Of a DNA stretch of 64,000 nucleotides, positions 20,301-31,163 are shown piece after piece. This stretch comes from a virus. Taxonomy: Duplodnaviria; Caudoviricetes. The position numbers and the translations under genes were made by a program. How positions within the stretch are numbered: position 1 is the first letter of the stretch; each line of letters begins with the position of its first letter. The stretch lies in the IMG/VR virus record IMGVR_UViG_2871003000_000003, positions 101,773 through 165,772 of that record; one strand, written 5' to 3'. Below the pieces are notes generated by a model. The model saw only the letters and a program-made list of their open reading frames with translations. It did no database searches and had not been told where the DNA came from.

Positions 20301-21068
20301 ATGGCAAATCAATTTGGAAAACAGATGGCAAACCGAGAAGTCTGTGACATGGTGTTTGTAGATTATAAAACAAAAGAACCATTTCTTTTCTGTGATTACG
20401 CAAATACATCAAGTCAGGAATTGACAGGTGAAAACGTATTTGCGTACGGCGGGAAAGGTCATCCAAAGAAAATTACATTCTCTGGAGAACGTGCTGGTAC
20501 TCTTACGATTGAAACGCAGATTCAGACACCTAAGCTTTGGGAGCTGATGACTGGAGGTAAGAGTTCTAAAACAGCAGAAATTATGAAGAGAGTCAAGGTA
20601 AAAGTTGGCGAAAGCAATAAAGTTAGTATTACTGACACAAAAGTTACTCTCACAAAAGAAAATGTATGGGTTTATGACGGAGCAGATTCTAACATGGAAA
20701 CAAAACTTGGGGTAACTACTGTTTCTGGTCAGGACATTACATTGAAAGATTCAAAGGCAGAAGGAACAGAAGTTGTTGTATTCTACCTTGCTACTAGAAA
20801 TGATGTATACAATATCAGTATTAGATCTACTGACTTCCCGAAAGCGTTTACTGTTTACGGCGATACATATATGAAAACAACAGATGAGGATGTGCTTCCA
20901 TATCTGTTCAAGGCATATAAAGTAGTTCCGCAGGCTAATATGTCTCTGTCTTTTGCAAGTTCCGGAGATCCGGGTACTGTAACACTTACTTGTGACATGA
21001 TGGTTGACGATGATGGAAACATGCTTGACCTGACTCTGTTACCGGACGAGGACGAACCGGGGGAATAG
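20301..21068 (+). CDS. Major tail tube protein, with a probable -1 frameshift extension to 21139
   Basis: AYGGKGHPK motif, tube-like C-terminal strands; ends CCG GGG GAA TAG before a strong stem-loop. Confidence 0.8.
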   Translation: MANQFGKQMANREVCDMVFVDYKTKEPFLFCDYANTSSQELTGENVFAYGGKGHPKKITFSGERAGTLTIETQIQTPKLWELMTGGKSSKTAEIMKRVKVKVGESNKVSITDTKVTLTKENVWVYDGADSNMETKLGVTTVSGQDITLKDSKAEGTEVVVFYLATRNDVYNISIRSTDFPKAFTVYGDTYMKTTDEDVLPYLFKAYKVVPQANMSLSFASSGDPGTVTLTCDMMVDDDGNMLDLTLLPDEDEPGE

Positions 21069-21156
21069 AACCCCCTGAAGATCTCGCCTTGATAGGCAGG
21101 GGGAAAATCGGAAAGGCAAAAGTCGGAAAATCAGAATGAATAAGGAGTGAGTAAAA

Positions 21157-21564
21157 ATGGCATATACACCAACGACATGGAGCGATGGAGATGTTATTAC
21201 TGCTGAAAAGATGAACAAGCTGGAGCAAGGTGTAAAAAATGAACAGGTTGGCGCACCTGGAGCAGCCGCAGGATTCGGAACACCAACTGCAACGGTTGAC
21301 GCAAATACTGGAGTTCCATCTGTAACTGTAACAGCAAGTGGAGCAAACACAGCAAAGGTATTTAATTTTGCATTCAAAAATTTAAAAGGAGCAAAAGGAG
21401 ATCCTGGTGCGACATACACTCTTCCGGCTGCGAATAAAACAACACTTGGAGGCGTAAAACAGTCTACTTTGGTTCCTGAAGCTGCAGGAGAAAATGTCAC
21501 AAAGGCTGAGTTCAAAGCTTTGCTGGACGCTTTGAAAGCAGCCGGTATTATGGCTACATCTTAA
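21157..21564 (+). CDS. Small fibre/decoration protein (collagen-like plus head-fibre motif)
   Basis: MAYTPTTWSDGDVITAEKMNKLEQG N-terminus, GAKGDPG, YTLPAA..TLGGVK, FKALLDALKAAGIM. Confidence 0.7.
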   Translation: MAYTPTTWSDGDVITAEKMNKLEQGVKNEQVGAPGAAAGFGTPTATVDANTGVPSVTVTASGANTAKVFNFAFKNLKGAKGDPGATYTLPAANKTTLGGVKQSTLVPEAAGENVTKAEFKALLDALKAAGIMATS

Positions 21565-21670
21565 AATAACGAGTGATAGATATTTAGTGTGAAGAAAGGG
21601 GTAAATATCTATTATCGGTATTTACCCCATTTTTTTACTCTGCTCCGAATAAGTGAGGAGTGAACTCGAA

Positions 21671-21844
21671 ATTAGAAAGTTAGACAATGAATACCGTACA
21701 GAATCTTCTCACGAAGTCTGTTATTTATCAGAATACGGAATTAAATATACATTTGTAAAAAAAGAAGATGGTGTGACGGTATGGAAGTACAAAAAGACTA
21801 AAGAACTTGGACTTGCTTTAGCTAAGTTCTGGGAACAAAAATAA
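21671..21844 (+). CDS. Small DUF5659-like protein (ATT start)
   Basis: EVCYLSEYGIKYTFVK...WKYKKT; SD GAGGAGTG. Confidence 0.55.
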   Translation: MRKLDNEYRTESSHEVCYLSEYGIKYTFVKKEDGVTVWKYKKTKELGLALAKFWEQK

Positions 21845-21968
21845 AATAGGTTGTTCAAGATGATGAATATAAAGGTGGGTGTCATATTTTTGAGCGTAGT
21901 GTCACGCAGTACACAGGCAATAGTATTAAAGGACTACCACTCTCCTATTTGTATGAAAGGAAAAAATT

Positions 21969-22238
21969 ATGGAATTTTTGAATGAATTTATGATGCCGGT
22001 CGTACTTGGCATTTGCCTTTGCGTCGGATATATTATCAAGAAATGGATTAAAGATGTCGATAACAAGTACATCCCAACAATCTGTGGAGTATTGGGCATT
22101 GTGATAGCTGCATGGATTAATGGTTTTGCATTTAGCCCAGAAATTGTTTTAAGCGGTTTGATTAGTGGTCTTGCATCTACAGGTTTGCACCAGGCACTTA
22201 CACAATTTATCGAAAAGAAAGAACAGAAAACTGAATAA
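21969..22238 (+). CDS. Holin (3 TM)
   Basis: NKYIPTICGVLG and GLISGLASTGLHQ holin motifs. Confidence 0.85.
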   Translation: MEFLNEFMMPVVLGICLCVGYIIKKWIKDVDNKYIPTICGVLGIVIAAWINGFAFSPEIVLSGLISGLASTGLHQALTQFIEKKEQKTE

Positions 22239-22240
22239 AT

Positions 22241-22924
22241 ATGGAATATTTAGAAATGTTTTTTGAGCTAGATTTTGTTTCTATTATTCTCGCAATTGTT
22301 ACCATACTTCTTGCATGGCAATTTTTAGACAAATTGCTTGTATGGTTTTGGGAGAAAACAGGGATTGAATTTAGACATATCAGGAAAAGACGAGAAGAAC
22401 ACGAGCTTCTTATGAAAACCGCTGAAAATTTATCAAGACTACAAGAACAACATCAAGAAGACGTGGAACGTGTTACTCAAAATGATAGAGAAATGCAACA
22501 GGAATTTTCAGAATTTGTTGAAGAGTTAAAGTCTGCTCTTACTGCTCAACGAGAACAGATGGATATTTATGCTCAAAATCGGATTAACGATAGAGAGAAA
22601 TCACGAGAAGTTCAGAGAGAATTGAGTGAATCTATAGATAAGTTAGCAGAAGGGGCAGAAGAAAGAAAAAAACAAATCAAGGCTCTTATGTGTGGAAGTA
22701 TGGAATTGCTTGGAGATAAAATTGACCAAAGATTTAGTAAATATGTAGCAATGAATGGTATACCCGAAAATGAAGTTTCAGAATTTGATGGATTATTTTT
22801 TGCATATAAACTTTTAAATGGAAATCATGGTCGTGAGCAAAAGTATAAATATGTAAAAGAGCATTTACCCGTTCTTCCTGTTGAAATTAACCCCGTTTAT
22901 GATGAGCAAAATACAGAAAAATAA
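22241..22924 (+). CDS. Membrane-anchored coiled-coil protein next to the holin
   Basis: N-terminal TM, coiled coil, YKLLNGNHG motif. Confidence 0.65.
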   Translation: MEYLEMFFELDFVSIILAIVTILLAWQFLDKLLVWFWEKTGIEFRHIRKRREEHELLMKTAENLSRLQEQHQEDVERVTQNDREMQQEFSEFVEELKSALTAQREQMDIYAQNRINDREKSREVQRELSESIDKLAEGAEERKKQIKALMCGSMELLGDKIDQRFSKYVAMNGIPENEVSEFDGLFFAYKLLNGNHGREQKYKYVKEHLPVLPVEINPVYDEQNTEK

Positions 22925-23083
22925 TAAGAATGGAAGTTGCTATATGTGATGTGGTGACTTCTCTTCTTATTTAAATATATTTGTTAATCAAAGTTCAGTA
23001 GTTTAACAAATATATTTATGAGCAGATGAGCACATACTGAACCACTACTCTACTGCTCTTAAATATTATATAAGGAAGTGACA

Positions 23084-23512
23084 ATTATAAAAATTATTAT
23101 AGATAATGATGTTGTTAATAGATATAATGAATACTATTTTAAGCAGCATCCAAGAGCAAAAAAGAAACAGATTGAAAAGTGTATACATCCATCCATAAAT
23201 ATTTGGAGTATTAAACCAAGAATTCAAATGAATGCACTAAAGCAGTCGTGGAAAAATTTTATTATTTGGCTTGTTGATGATTTAGGATATACAAATATGA
23301 AACTAAATAATATAGATGTTATTTACGACATATACCATCCAACAAAAAGAAGAACCGATCCAGATAACTACAGCCCTAAATTCATCCATGACGGATTTGT
23401 TGAATCGGGATTTTGGGAAGATGACGACAGGGAACATCTACATAGTCTTATGATAAGATGTCATGTTGACAAAGAACACCCAAGAACAGAAATTGAAATT
23501 ATAACGCATTAA
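23084..23512 (+). CDS. rusA: RusA-like Holliday junction resolvase
   Basis: RRTDPDNY.PKFIHDG...EDD...PRTEIEI. Confidence 0.8.
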   Translation: MIKIIIDNDVVNRYNEYYFKQHPRAKKKQIEKCIHPSINIWSIKPRIQMNALKQSWKNFIIWLVDDLGYTNMKLNNIDVIYDIYHPTKRRTDPDNYSPKFIHDGFVESGFWEDDDREHLHSLMIRCHVDKEHPRTEIEIITH

Positions 23513-23600
23513 TTTTGTCGGAATCTGCGTAACAAAATGTCTTTACTACGTTCCTATTCAGTAATATGCTTGTATTATATAATATAAGGAGGTACAAGTC

Positions 23601-23903
23601 ATGGAAGGAAAAAGAAGAGGAAGACGTAAAAAAGTTGTAGAAAAGAATTACGATGTTTTGATTCAGCAGTGCAACCAAGAAATTTTAACCATCCAAAATA
23701 AAATGGATGAATTAAAAGTTCAGATGAAAGAGAAGAAAATTGAAGTCAAGAAACTTGAAAAAGAAAAGGCTATCTATGATGAGATGAAAGCTGAACAAGA
23801 AAAATCTGAACGTATTCGTGAACTCGCGGAAATGATTGATAAATCAGAATATACTTTGGATGAAATTAAGGAATTATTAAATCATAAAAAATCTGAAGAA
23901 TAA
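23601..23903 (+). CDS. Coiled-coil hypothetical protein (moron-like)
   Basis: SD AAGGAGG; own terminator GAGTCGG-TCAA-CCGGCTC-T6 at about 23940-23963. Confidence 0.7.
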   Translation: MEGKRRGRRKKVVEKNYDVLIQQCNQEILTIQNKMDELKVQMKEKKIEVKKLEKEKAIYDEMKAEQEKSERIRELAEMIDKSEYTLDEIKELLNHKKSEE

Positions 23904-23984
23904 GTTTTAAAAATATAAATTAAAAATTGCCAATTAATAGAGTCGGTCAACCGGCTCTTTTTTGATACAAAAGGAGTATATTGC

Positions 23985-24335
23985 ATGGAAATACAATTAC
24001 GTGAAAAACCAAGAGGATTTTCTATTTATAAAAGAGTTCAATTTCAACGGGATATGTCAAAAGAACTTAATAAATATTTATTTAATATTGGCTTGTGTGT
24101 GTTTAATAATAAAGAAGAACCGGAAATAATTAATACTCATATTATATGCACTAGAGAACAGGCGAACGATTATTTAAACTGTTTGATTGATAAATGTATT
24201 GATGAACTTGGATATAAAAGACATCAAATTTTCGACACATGGATCAAGTCATTAACGAAGGTGGACGATTATGACATTATATTACAAAAAGAATTTCAAC
24301 CTATTATAATCGACCACAGACAATCTAACGTTTGA
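23985..24335 (+). CDS. Hypothetical protein
   Basis: SD AAGGAG, 116 aa. Confidence 0.65.
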   Translation: MEIQLREKPRGFSIYKRVQFQRDMSKELNKYLFNIGLCVFNNKEEPEIINTHIICTREQANDYLNCLIDKCIDELGYKRHQIFDTWIKSLTKVDDYDIILQKEFQPIIIDHRQSNV

Positions 24336-24559
24336 TATATAAATTTTCGCTTTCATTTAGAAATGAAAAGAGAATAAAAAAATATCAATCATCATTTCTT
24401 TCTGACCTATTCTATAGTCGTGGTGATTGGTTTGTAGGTTTCTTATATGTAGGAGCGTAACAGCCGTGGTGACGCACACGGCTTCCTGCATATAGATATT
24501 ATACTACTCATAGAAAATAAAAACATCCAGAACATTTGTTTTAAAGGAGATAGAAAATC

Positions 24560-25261
24560 ATGAAAAAAGAAAATATGAAAATTAAAGAAATTATTACATT
24601 CGAAGATAAAGCAAACGCTATTGAATATATTTGTAACAGTTTATTTGATTTTGGAGAAAATGGTGAAATTACCGACTACTCTCCTTATTATATTGAACCA
24701 GCGCAGGTTTGTGCTATTATAAATTACTTTGTAGAGGGAATTGAATTTGAAGATGGAGAATCTGTTTACGATGTTGCAATTGCAGACAAAGAAATTAATG
24801 ATATTGTAAATCAGTTTTTCATCAAGAATACTACAACAGCAAAAAATACAAAATTAACATATCCACAGGAGATTATGAAATTCGTCATGTCTCATGTTGT
24901 AGAAAAAGTTGAATATATGAAACAGAAAGCTATTCATGCTCCATCATATAGAAAAGATATGGTTGGAGAAGCTCTTGTTGATTTGATCAACGTATTGTCT
25001 TCAAAGGCAGAAGAATTAAATGTATCCGAGGCGAATAAATTTATCGAGAAGTATAACTCACCAGACAAATCTATGGAAGATATTGCGAAGCAGTTTATGA
25101 AAGAGGAATTTGAAAAACGTACTGCTGAACTCGAAAATGCAAATACACAACCAATTTATAAGCCGGATAATGAAGAAAAGGCTACTAAAAATGAAAAGAT
25201 GAGAGAGATGCTTAAACGCGCAATGGAGATTCATGAAACAGCCGAAAATCTTCCTTATTAG
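24560..25261 (+). CDS. Putative tail assembly chaperone
   Basis: Acidic helical protein upstream of the TMP. Confidence 0.45.
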   Translation: MKKENMKIKEIITFEDKANAIEYICNSLFDFGENGEITDYSPYYIEPAQVCAIINYFVEGIEFEDGESVYDVAIADKEINDIVNQFFIKNTTTAKNTKLTYPQEIMKFVMSHVVEKVEYMKQKAIHAPSYRKDMVGEALVDLINVLSSKAEELNVSEANKFIEKYNSPDKSMEDIAKQFMKEEFEKRTAELENANTQPIYKPDNEEKATKNEKMREMLKRAMEIHETAENLPY

Positions 25262-25272
25262 AAGGTGTTGCT

Positions 25273-25674
25273 ATGGCAAAAAAAGTTGTTTCCAGTTTTT
25301 TGGAAGTTAAAGGATTGGTTGAAAAAGATGTGAGATCTGGAATGAATGCTGCTAGGGATGAAGTGGAGCCAACTTTAGAAGATAATACATTGGGATATTA
25401 TGGAGCTGGCAATCCAGTAATATATGATAGAACAGGCACATTATTGGAATCTCCTAATACCACTCCTGTTTCTGGTGGAGGAAATCATTTTGAATTTAAG
25501 GTAGAAATGGAAGAAAATATTTCATATCATACAGGAACATTTTCTGGAGCAGAAGTAATTGACGCAACAGAGCAAGGTCATTCAGGAACACTCGGTAACC
25601 ATGGATATTTTGCAAAGACAGAAGCGGAAATACCTGAAATCGTGAATAGGAATATGTCGAAGTATCTGAAATGA
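25273..25674 (+). CDS. HK97 gp10-like tail completion protein
   Basis: YDRTGTLLES motif and a C-terminal YF..TE helix. Confidence 0.55.
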   Translation: MAKKVVSSFLEVKGLVEKDVRSGMNAARDEVEPTLEDNTLGYYGAGNPVIYDRTGTLLESPNTTPVSGGGNHFEFKVEMEENISYHTGTFSGAEVIDATEQGHSGTLGNHGYFAKTEAEIPEIVNRNMSKYLK

Positions 25675-25772
25675 TACAATAATAACACCCAGGACGATGG
25701 TGACATCCTGGGCTTTTAGGAGAAAACTATAATGACATATATTCAGATTTAATTAAATGATTTATTATTTTA

Positions 25773-25946
25773 TCATCTACGGTTTTTACGCAATGACAAT
25801 GAATATTCAAACTTTATATATTTAGAAAGCTGAATTTTGCATTTTGCGTTTTTTACATCTTTAGAAAATGTATTAAACGTAAAAACAAGAATAATTAAAA
25901 GAACTAATGTAATAACAATAAGACTTAAAATTATAATTGTTGTCAT
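25773..25946 (-). CDS. Small single-TM basic protein (57 aa), type I toxin-like
   Basis: SD GAAAGGAGTG; MTTIIILSLIVITLVLLIILVF...LRKNRR*; TGTTATAAT extended -10 about 230 nt upstream on the minus strand. Confidence 0.6.
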   Translation of the reverse strand: MTTIIILSLIVITLVLLIILVFTFNTFSKDVKNAKCKIQLSKYIKFEYSLSLRKNRR

Positions 25947-26267
25947 TTTTCACTCCTTTCTGTACTTTGATATACAGAACAGGGAGTGTTTGCGGAAGAA
26001 AACCGCAGAGATATGATGTAAAGAAATGATACATATAATAACTAATCACCTTTCTGATATATGTACTGTTTTCATTTCGTATACAAAATGTACACTTCCA
26101 CAGACGCTTCTGCCGGACATATACCCGTGACACCGGATTGGTTGTGGTAGATCCAATCGATATACATCCAATTTCATTATAACAGAATTTCACTGGAATT
26201 AAATATAGATTTTCTCCGTTTCGTATAGTATGATAATAACAAACTATTATGAAACGGAGAAATTATT

Positions 26268-26408
26268 ATGTGTGAAAATTCAAGAAACCGTGAACCTATT
26301 AGATGGGAAATATCAAGTAAGAATCCGTCGAGAGGTGATGCTCCATCTCCTATCGATATTTTCAATCAAGATATTTCTATGAATCAGGAAGGGGAAAACG
26401 AAGATTAA
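26268..26408 (+). CDS. 46-aa peptide coupled to the DUF6338-like gene (cassette 1)
   Basis: SD GGAG; MCENSRNREPIRWEISSKNP...GENED*; the stop overlaps the ATT start of the next gene. Confidence 0.6.
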   Translation: MCENSRNREPIRWEISSKNPSRGDAPSPIDIFNQDISMNQEGENED

Positions 26409-26988
26409 TATAAATATCAATGAGTTATTATACCAAATGCCGCTCCTACTGGAATTCTTAGTTCCTGGTTTTATATTTATGACAATGTTTAATTATTTCA
26501 CATCGTCAAAAATAGAACATTCAATTCTATGGAGCGTTGCAATAAGCTACATATTAAAAGCATTATGTAGTTTTTTACACGAGTTCATTTTTAAAGATGT
26601 TATTTTCAAATGGAATGAACGTGTTATAATTCTTGTTTTAATATCAATTATTTTAACAATAATTCTAATTCGATTTTACGAGTCAGAATGGTTGCATAAA
26701 ATATTCAAATTTATCAATTTCAAAACCCAACATGATTGTATTTGGAATGATGTAATTGATATGAAAAGAGGAACAACATTAAAAGTTATTTGTAATGACA
26801 CAACTTATATAGGAATATTGTATATGTTTGAAGAACATGGAAAAGATTCTTGGTTTGTGTTATCAGATTATATTATAGAAGAAAATGGGAAAGCTTATGA
26901 TTCAAGTAAATCAAATTTTCCATGCAAAATTGCAATTAATTTGAATGATGCAAAAAGAATAGAATTATATTATGGAAACACAGAGTAG
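26404..26988 (+). CDS. DUF6338-like membrane protein (cassette 1)
   Basis: LVPGFIF, three TM segments, IWNDV, and a beta-rich C domain. Paralogue of 43173-43760. Confidence 0.7.
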   Translation: MNININELLYQMPLLLEFLVPGFIFMTMFNYFTSSKIEHSILWSVAISYILKALCSFLHEFIFKDVIFKWNERVIILVLISIILTIILIRFYESEWLHKIFKFINFKTQHDCIWNDVIDMKRGTTLKVICNDTTYIGILYMFEEHGKDSWFVLSDYIIEENGKAYDSSKSNFPCKIAINLNDAKRIELYYGNTE

Positions 26989-27081
26989 ATTTATTTCTCT
27001 CTGTGTTTATTTATTTACTACTGCTCTCCTTTCGTGAGGGCTTTTTTGATGTCCGAAATTGAAAGGAGTTGATTACTAAAA

Positions 27082-28263
27082 ATGAGTACATATGAAGTCA
27101 AGGTCAGCACGAATGTAGACACAAGTGAACTCGATGCTGCACAGAAAAAATTAGATAGTTTAGTTAAAAATGGAAAACATATTAAAGTTGATTTTGATAT
27201 TCAGGGAATGAAGAACCTGAATAAGATCAATGGTGTCTTAAAAGGAATCGAAAAAAATAATAAGATCAGTGTAAAAGCTGATATGGATACATCCGGAATT
27301 AAAAAAGGATTATCTGATATTGAAAAAGCGAAACGAAGTGTGTCTACTTTGAAGATTGATGCAGATGTGTCAAAGGCGAATGCAGATTTTAAAAAGTTTG
27401 AATCTCTTACGACAAAATCCGCGGAAAAGGCTCGAAAGTTATTATCTGACATCAATAAGGATATTAATAACGTGAAATTGGCTCCAAATGATTCCATTAT
27501 GGAGATTAATTTTAAAAAACTTACTAGTGATTTAGAAAAATACAGGAATCAGATTAAGGTTGTACAAAATGAGCAAAAAGCTCTTGGTAATTCTATTACA
27601 TCTGTATCAAAATCATTTAGTAAAATTGATGCAGTAACTGCCTCTAACAAGACCTTAACGTGGTTAAAAAACAATAGTCGCGCTGCAAAAGTATATGGCG
27701 ATCAACTAAAAGAAATTGCAGAATCTCAGAGAAAAGCAACATCAGATTCAGAGCTAACTTCACTAAATAAAGATTTCAACAAAACTGTATCTGAGGCAAA
27801 ATTACTTGGACTTACTGGTAAAAGTTTTACAGCGGAATTTAAACGTGCATTTTCTCAAATTGCACAGTTTACGCAAATTTATGGTGGAATTGAAAATGTA
27901 ATTCAGACTATTCAAAACTCTGTTATTGAATTAAAAAATGTTGATTCTATTTTAACAGAAATTTCTAAAACATCTGATATGACAACAGATCAACTTACAA
28001 AACTTGGAGAAACATCTTTTGATTCCGCAAGCAAGTGGGGAAAGAAAGCAAGTGATTACCTACTTGGTATCCAAGAAATGAGTAGATCTGGCTATTATGG
28101 CAAACAGGCTGAACAAATGGCTGAAACAAGTATTCTTGCTCAGGCAGCCGGTGATTTAAATTCAGATGTTGCAAATAGTTATCTTTTGGCATCGAATGCC
28201 GCATATCAATATTCTGGAAATGTTCAAAAACTTAATGCATTGCTTGATGGACAAAATATGATT
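27082..28263 (+). CDS. Tape measure protein, exon 1
   Basis: TP901-type TMP core begins (LKNVDSILTEISKT...LDGQNMI). Confidence 0.88.
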
Positions 28264-29480
28264 AATATAGTGGTCATGCTATATAGAAATATATAGCTTC
28301 ATAGTTGGCTTTTATCCCGGAAACTCCAGAGATGGACAATCGGGAGGATAAGTTAAATAAAATACGGTAGAAAGAGGATATTATAGAAATAAAATTAAAA
28401 TCATGGCAAACTCTCGCAAACTGTAAATTTTGTAATAAAGAGTTTGTAACTACTAAATATAAGGTTAATAATAATAAAAATGGTGTTTTTTGTAGTAGAA
28501 GTTGTTATGCTGACTACAAAAAAGAAACGATGACAGGTTCACAAAATATAAATTATAAAGAAAAGGTAAAGGTTCATTGCGATAATTGTGGTAAGGAAAT
28601 TGAAAAAATACCATCTTTAACACATAATATAAACAAACAAGGAGAAAACCATAACTTCTGTTCTTATGAATGTTATTGGGAATTTCGTAAAAAATATTAT
28701 GTCGGGGATAAATTATATAATACTGGAAAAAAGATGGACGAAATTTTTTGCAATAAGGTAAGAGAAGCAACATTAAAACAATATCAAGATGGTATACTTG
28801 ATAGACAAACAATACCACAAAAGATAGTTAATAGTATATTAGAAAAAAATAATATTAATTATATCAATGAAAAAACTTTTAAATATTATTCTGTCGATAA
28901 TTATTTAATAGAACATAATTTAATTATTGAAGTTATGGGTGATTATTTTCATGTGAACCCTTTAATTTATACAGATTCAAATGAGATAAATAATATGCAG
29001 AAAAAGGATATTGATAGAGACAAAAGTAAACATACATATATAAAAAAATATCAGGATGTTGAAATTTTATACCTATGGGAATCCGATATAAAAAATAATC
29101 CTTTATTATGTGAAGAATTAATAAAAAAATATATAGAATCAAATGGCAAGTTGGAAGAATATAATTCTTTTAACTTTTCTTTTTGTGATAACAATTTAAA
29201 ATTAAATAACAATATTATTAAACCGTATTTTATTTAACCCCCTAACGACTAAGTTGTAATATGGTAACATATTGCACACGCCGACTTCGATAGATATAGT
29301 CTATCCGTTACCTATAAGTCCGTAGGAACGCCTAACGTAAAACGAGGGAAAAGATATAGTCTAGTCTCACGCTATAATCTAAAAATGAAACGTGAGAGGT
29401 AGGATTAACGTCCTATCCGCTTTATTGTTATTTAACAATAAAGTCCAATGCTTTGTCCTGGAAGCATAGTAATAGAACAA
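28264..29480 (+). mobile_element. Group I intron 1 in the TMP gene (homing-endonuclease bearing; terminal nucleotide A)
   Basis: P1 ATGATT/GGTCAT with U-G; P10 TAGT/ACTA; P3 GTTGGC(28304)/GCCGAC(29280); P7 GACTA(29247)/TAGTC(29357) within S element AAGATATAGTCT. Splicing gives LDGQNMI|TNRNSVSM. Confidence 0.88.
28383..29237 (+). CDS. Intron-encoded homing endonuclease: Zn-finger repeats plus Vsr/DUF559-like (EDxHD) nuclease
   Basis: CKFC..FCSRSC and CDNC..FCSYEC repeats; VDNY..IIEVMGDYFH..RDKSK..LYLWESDI. ATA start after GAAAGAGG. Confidence 0.8.
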   Translation: MEIKLKSWQTLANCKFCNKEFVTTKYKVNNNKNGVFCSRSCYADYKKETMTGSQNINYKEKVKVHCDNCGKEIEKIPSLTHNINKQGENHNFCSYECYWEFRKKYYVGDKLYNTGKKMDEIFCNKVREATLKQYQDGILDRQTIPQKIVNSILEKNNINYINEKTFKYYSVDNYLIEHNLIIEVMGDYFHVNPLIYTDSNEINNMQKKDIDRDKSKHTYIKKYQDVEILYLWESDIKNNPLLCEELIKKYIESNGKLEEYNSFNFSFCDNNLKLNNNIIKPYFI

Positions 29481-30173
29481 ACTAACAGGAACAGTGTATC
29501 CATGCAGGATATGGCAGAAGCCACAACTCAAGCAGCTTCAATGGCATCAGAATTGGGGGTTCAAGAAAATCAACTTTCTGCGATGATTGGAACAATTGAG
29601 TCCAGAACAAAAGCAGGTGGCAATGAGGTTGGTAATGCGATCAAATCATTGTTGATAAACGTTCAGAATGTAAATAACTCAAAAATTGCAGAAACGTTTA
29701 AAAAAGCTGGCGTTGCTCAGACAGAGTTTGTAAACGGTGTAGAAAAAATGCGTAATCCAATTGAAGTATTGGAGGATCTTGCGAAAGTATTTAATCAATT
29801 AGAAGAGTCAGATCCACTGCGTACAGAAATTCTTACAAATATTGGACAGAAATACCAAGCGAACAAACTAAGTGCTTTATTATCTGGATGGTCTGACTAT
29901 GAAAAAATGCTTGTAGATTATTCTGAGGGTACAGGAAGTGCTGCAAAAGAAGCAGAAAAATCTGCAAATAACTGGGAAGGATCTCTAAATAAATTATCAA
30001 ATACTTGGACTGGATTTATTCAGAATTTTGCTAATTCCAACATGATTACTTCTGGATTACAAGGACTTACTGGAATAATTAAAATAATCGACACAGTTGT
30101 TTCAAAAGCAGGAACACTCGAAACTGTTATGGGAGTTTTAGGTGGAGGATTAGCGAGTAAAACAGGATGGGGT
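29481..30173 (+). CDS. Tape measure protein, exon 2
   Basis: GNEVGNAIKS, GSAAKEAEK..NWEGSLNKL TMP motifs; ends ...KTGWG. Confidence 0.88.
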
Positions 30174-30739
30174 AAAACTATCGTAGTTTATAATGCCCCT
30201 TTCTATAAGGTTGCATAATAATGCCATGCAATTAACGTAGAGAGTGTTTATATTATATATCGTAATGTAATATGACCATCCTTGAAAACATAGATTTTCT
30301 AAATTGTCGAATATCGGGGGAAGCCGTAAGCCTATTTATATAGGTACTGGATCGATGCAATAAAAGCGTATTATTATATAGAAGAAATACGTTCGTGAAG
30401 GAATAAGCATTTAATGCGAAAATGGTAGTCCCGACGCACTATAACTAAAACATGGAAGTGTAGTTCCATATATAGGGCGCGAGAGACTGACAAGACATGA
30501 CGTGATACAGGCGTAATTGTATCATATGGTACACAACATACAGTCCGTACCTGGGGAAAGCCCAGGGTAGTCAATATGAGATACGGCAGTATACACTACT
30601 GCTCTATTGACACAAACTACACAACCTGTTGCTGACTTGCAAAAACAGGACAGGATATTCATAGTGGTATTCCACTCGGCGCATCTCTCGTCGTTTTCTA
30701 ATAGAGATAAAAAATAGACACAAATTGTTTACATTCTAC

Positions 30740-30840
30740 TTGACTTAATACAAAAAGAGTGTATAATAATACATGAGTTAAAAATAATATAGCTCGTAAC
30801 ACCACGATGTAAGGACAGGATATAATTCCCTGTCCTTTTG
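30740..30840 (+). ncRNA. Promoter-driven small RNA (about 70 nt) inside intron 2
   Basis: TTGACT-16 nt-TATAAT (30740-30767), no ORF, terminator AAGGACAGG..CCTGTCCTTTT. Confidence 0.5.
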
Positions 30841-31163
30841 TTATGTTGTGGAAACAAATAAATAGAATAATTTTTCTTTCCAAAAACACAAGAGATATTT
30901 TAAATATAGAGAAAACAACTATATATAGGAAAAATTTATATAATTAGTGTGTTTTTTATTTTTCTGCACTATATCTAGCGGTTGAACAAATTTAATAAAA
31001 AATGTATAATAAGATACACAAAAAATAGTCTAATTTATTTCTCACGTTATATTTCGACATTTTGTTTAAATTTTTTAATGTATAATTGCTTCAAATACTA
31101 AGGGGTGATTATATGAAGTTAGGTAAAAAAGGATCCATACACACAAAAGAGGAGGTAAGACAT

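Noticed and set aside
23018-23060. Possible hammerhead ribozyme (CAGATGAG...GAAC)
   Set aside because: The core deviates from CUGANGA/GAAA and the stems cannot be built.
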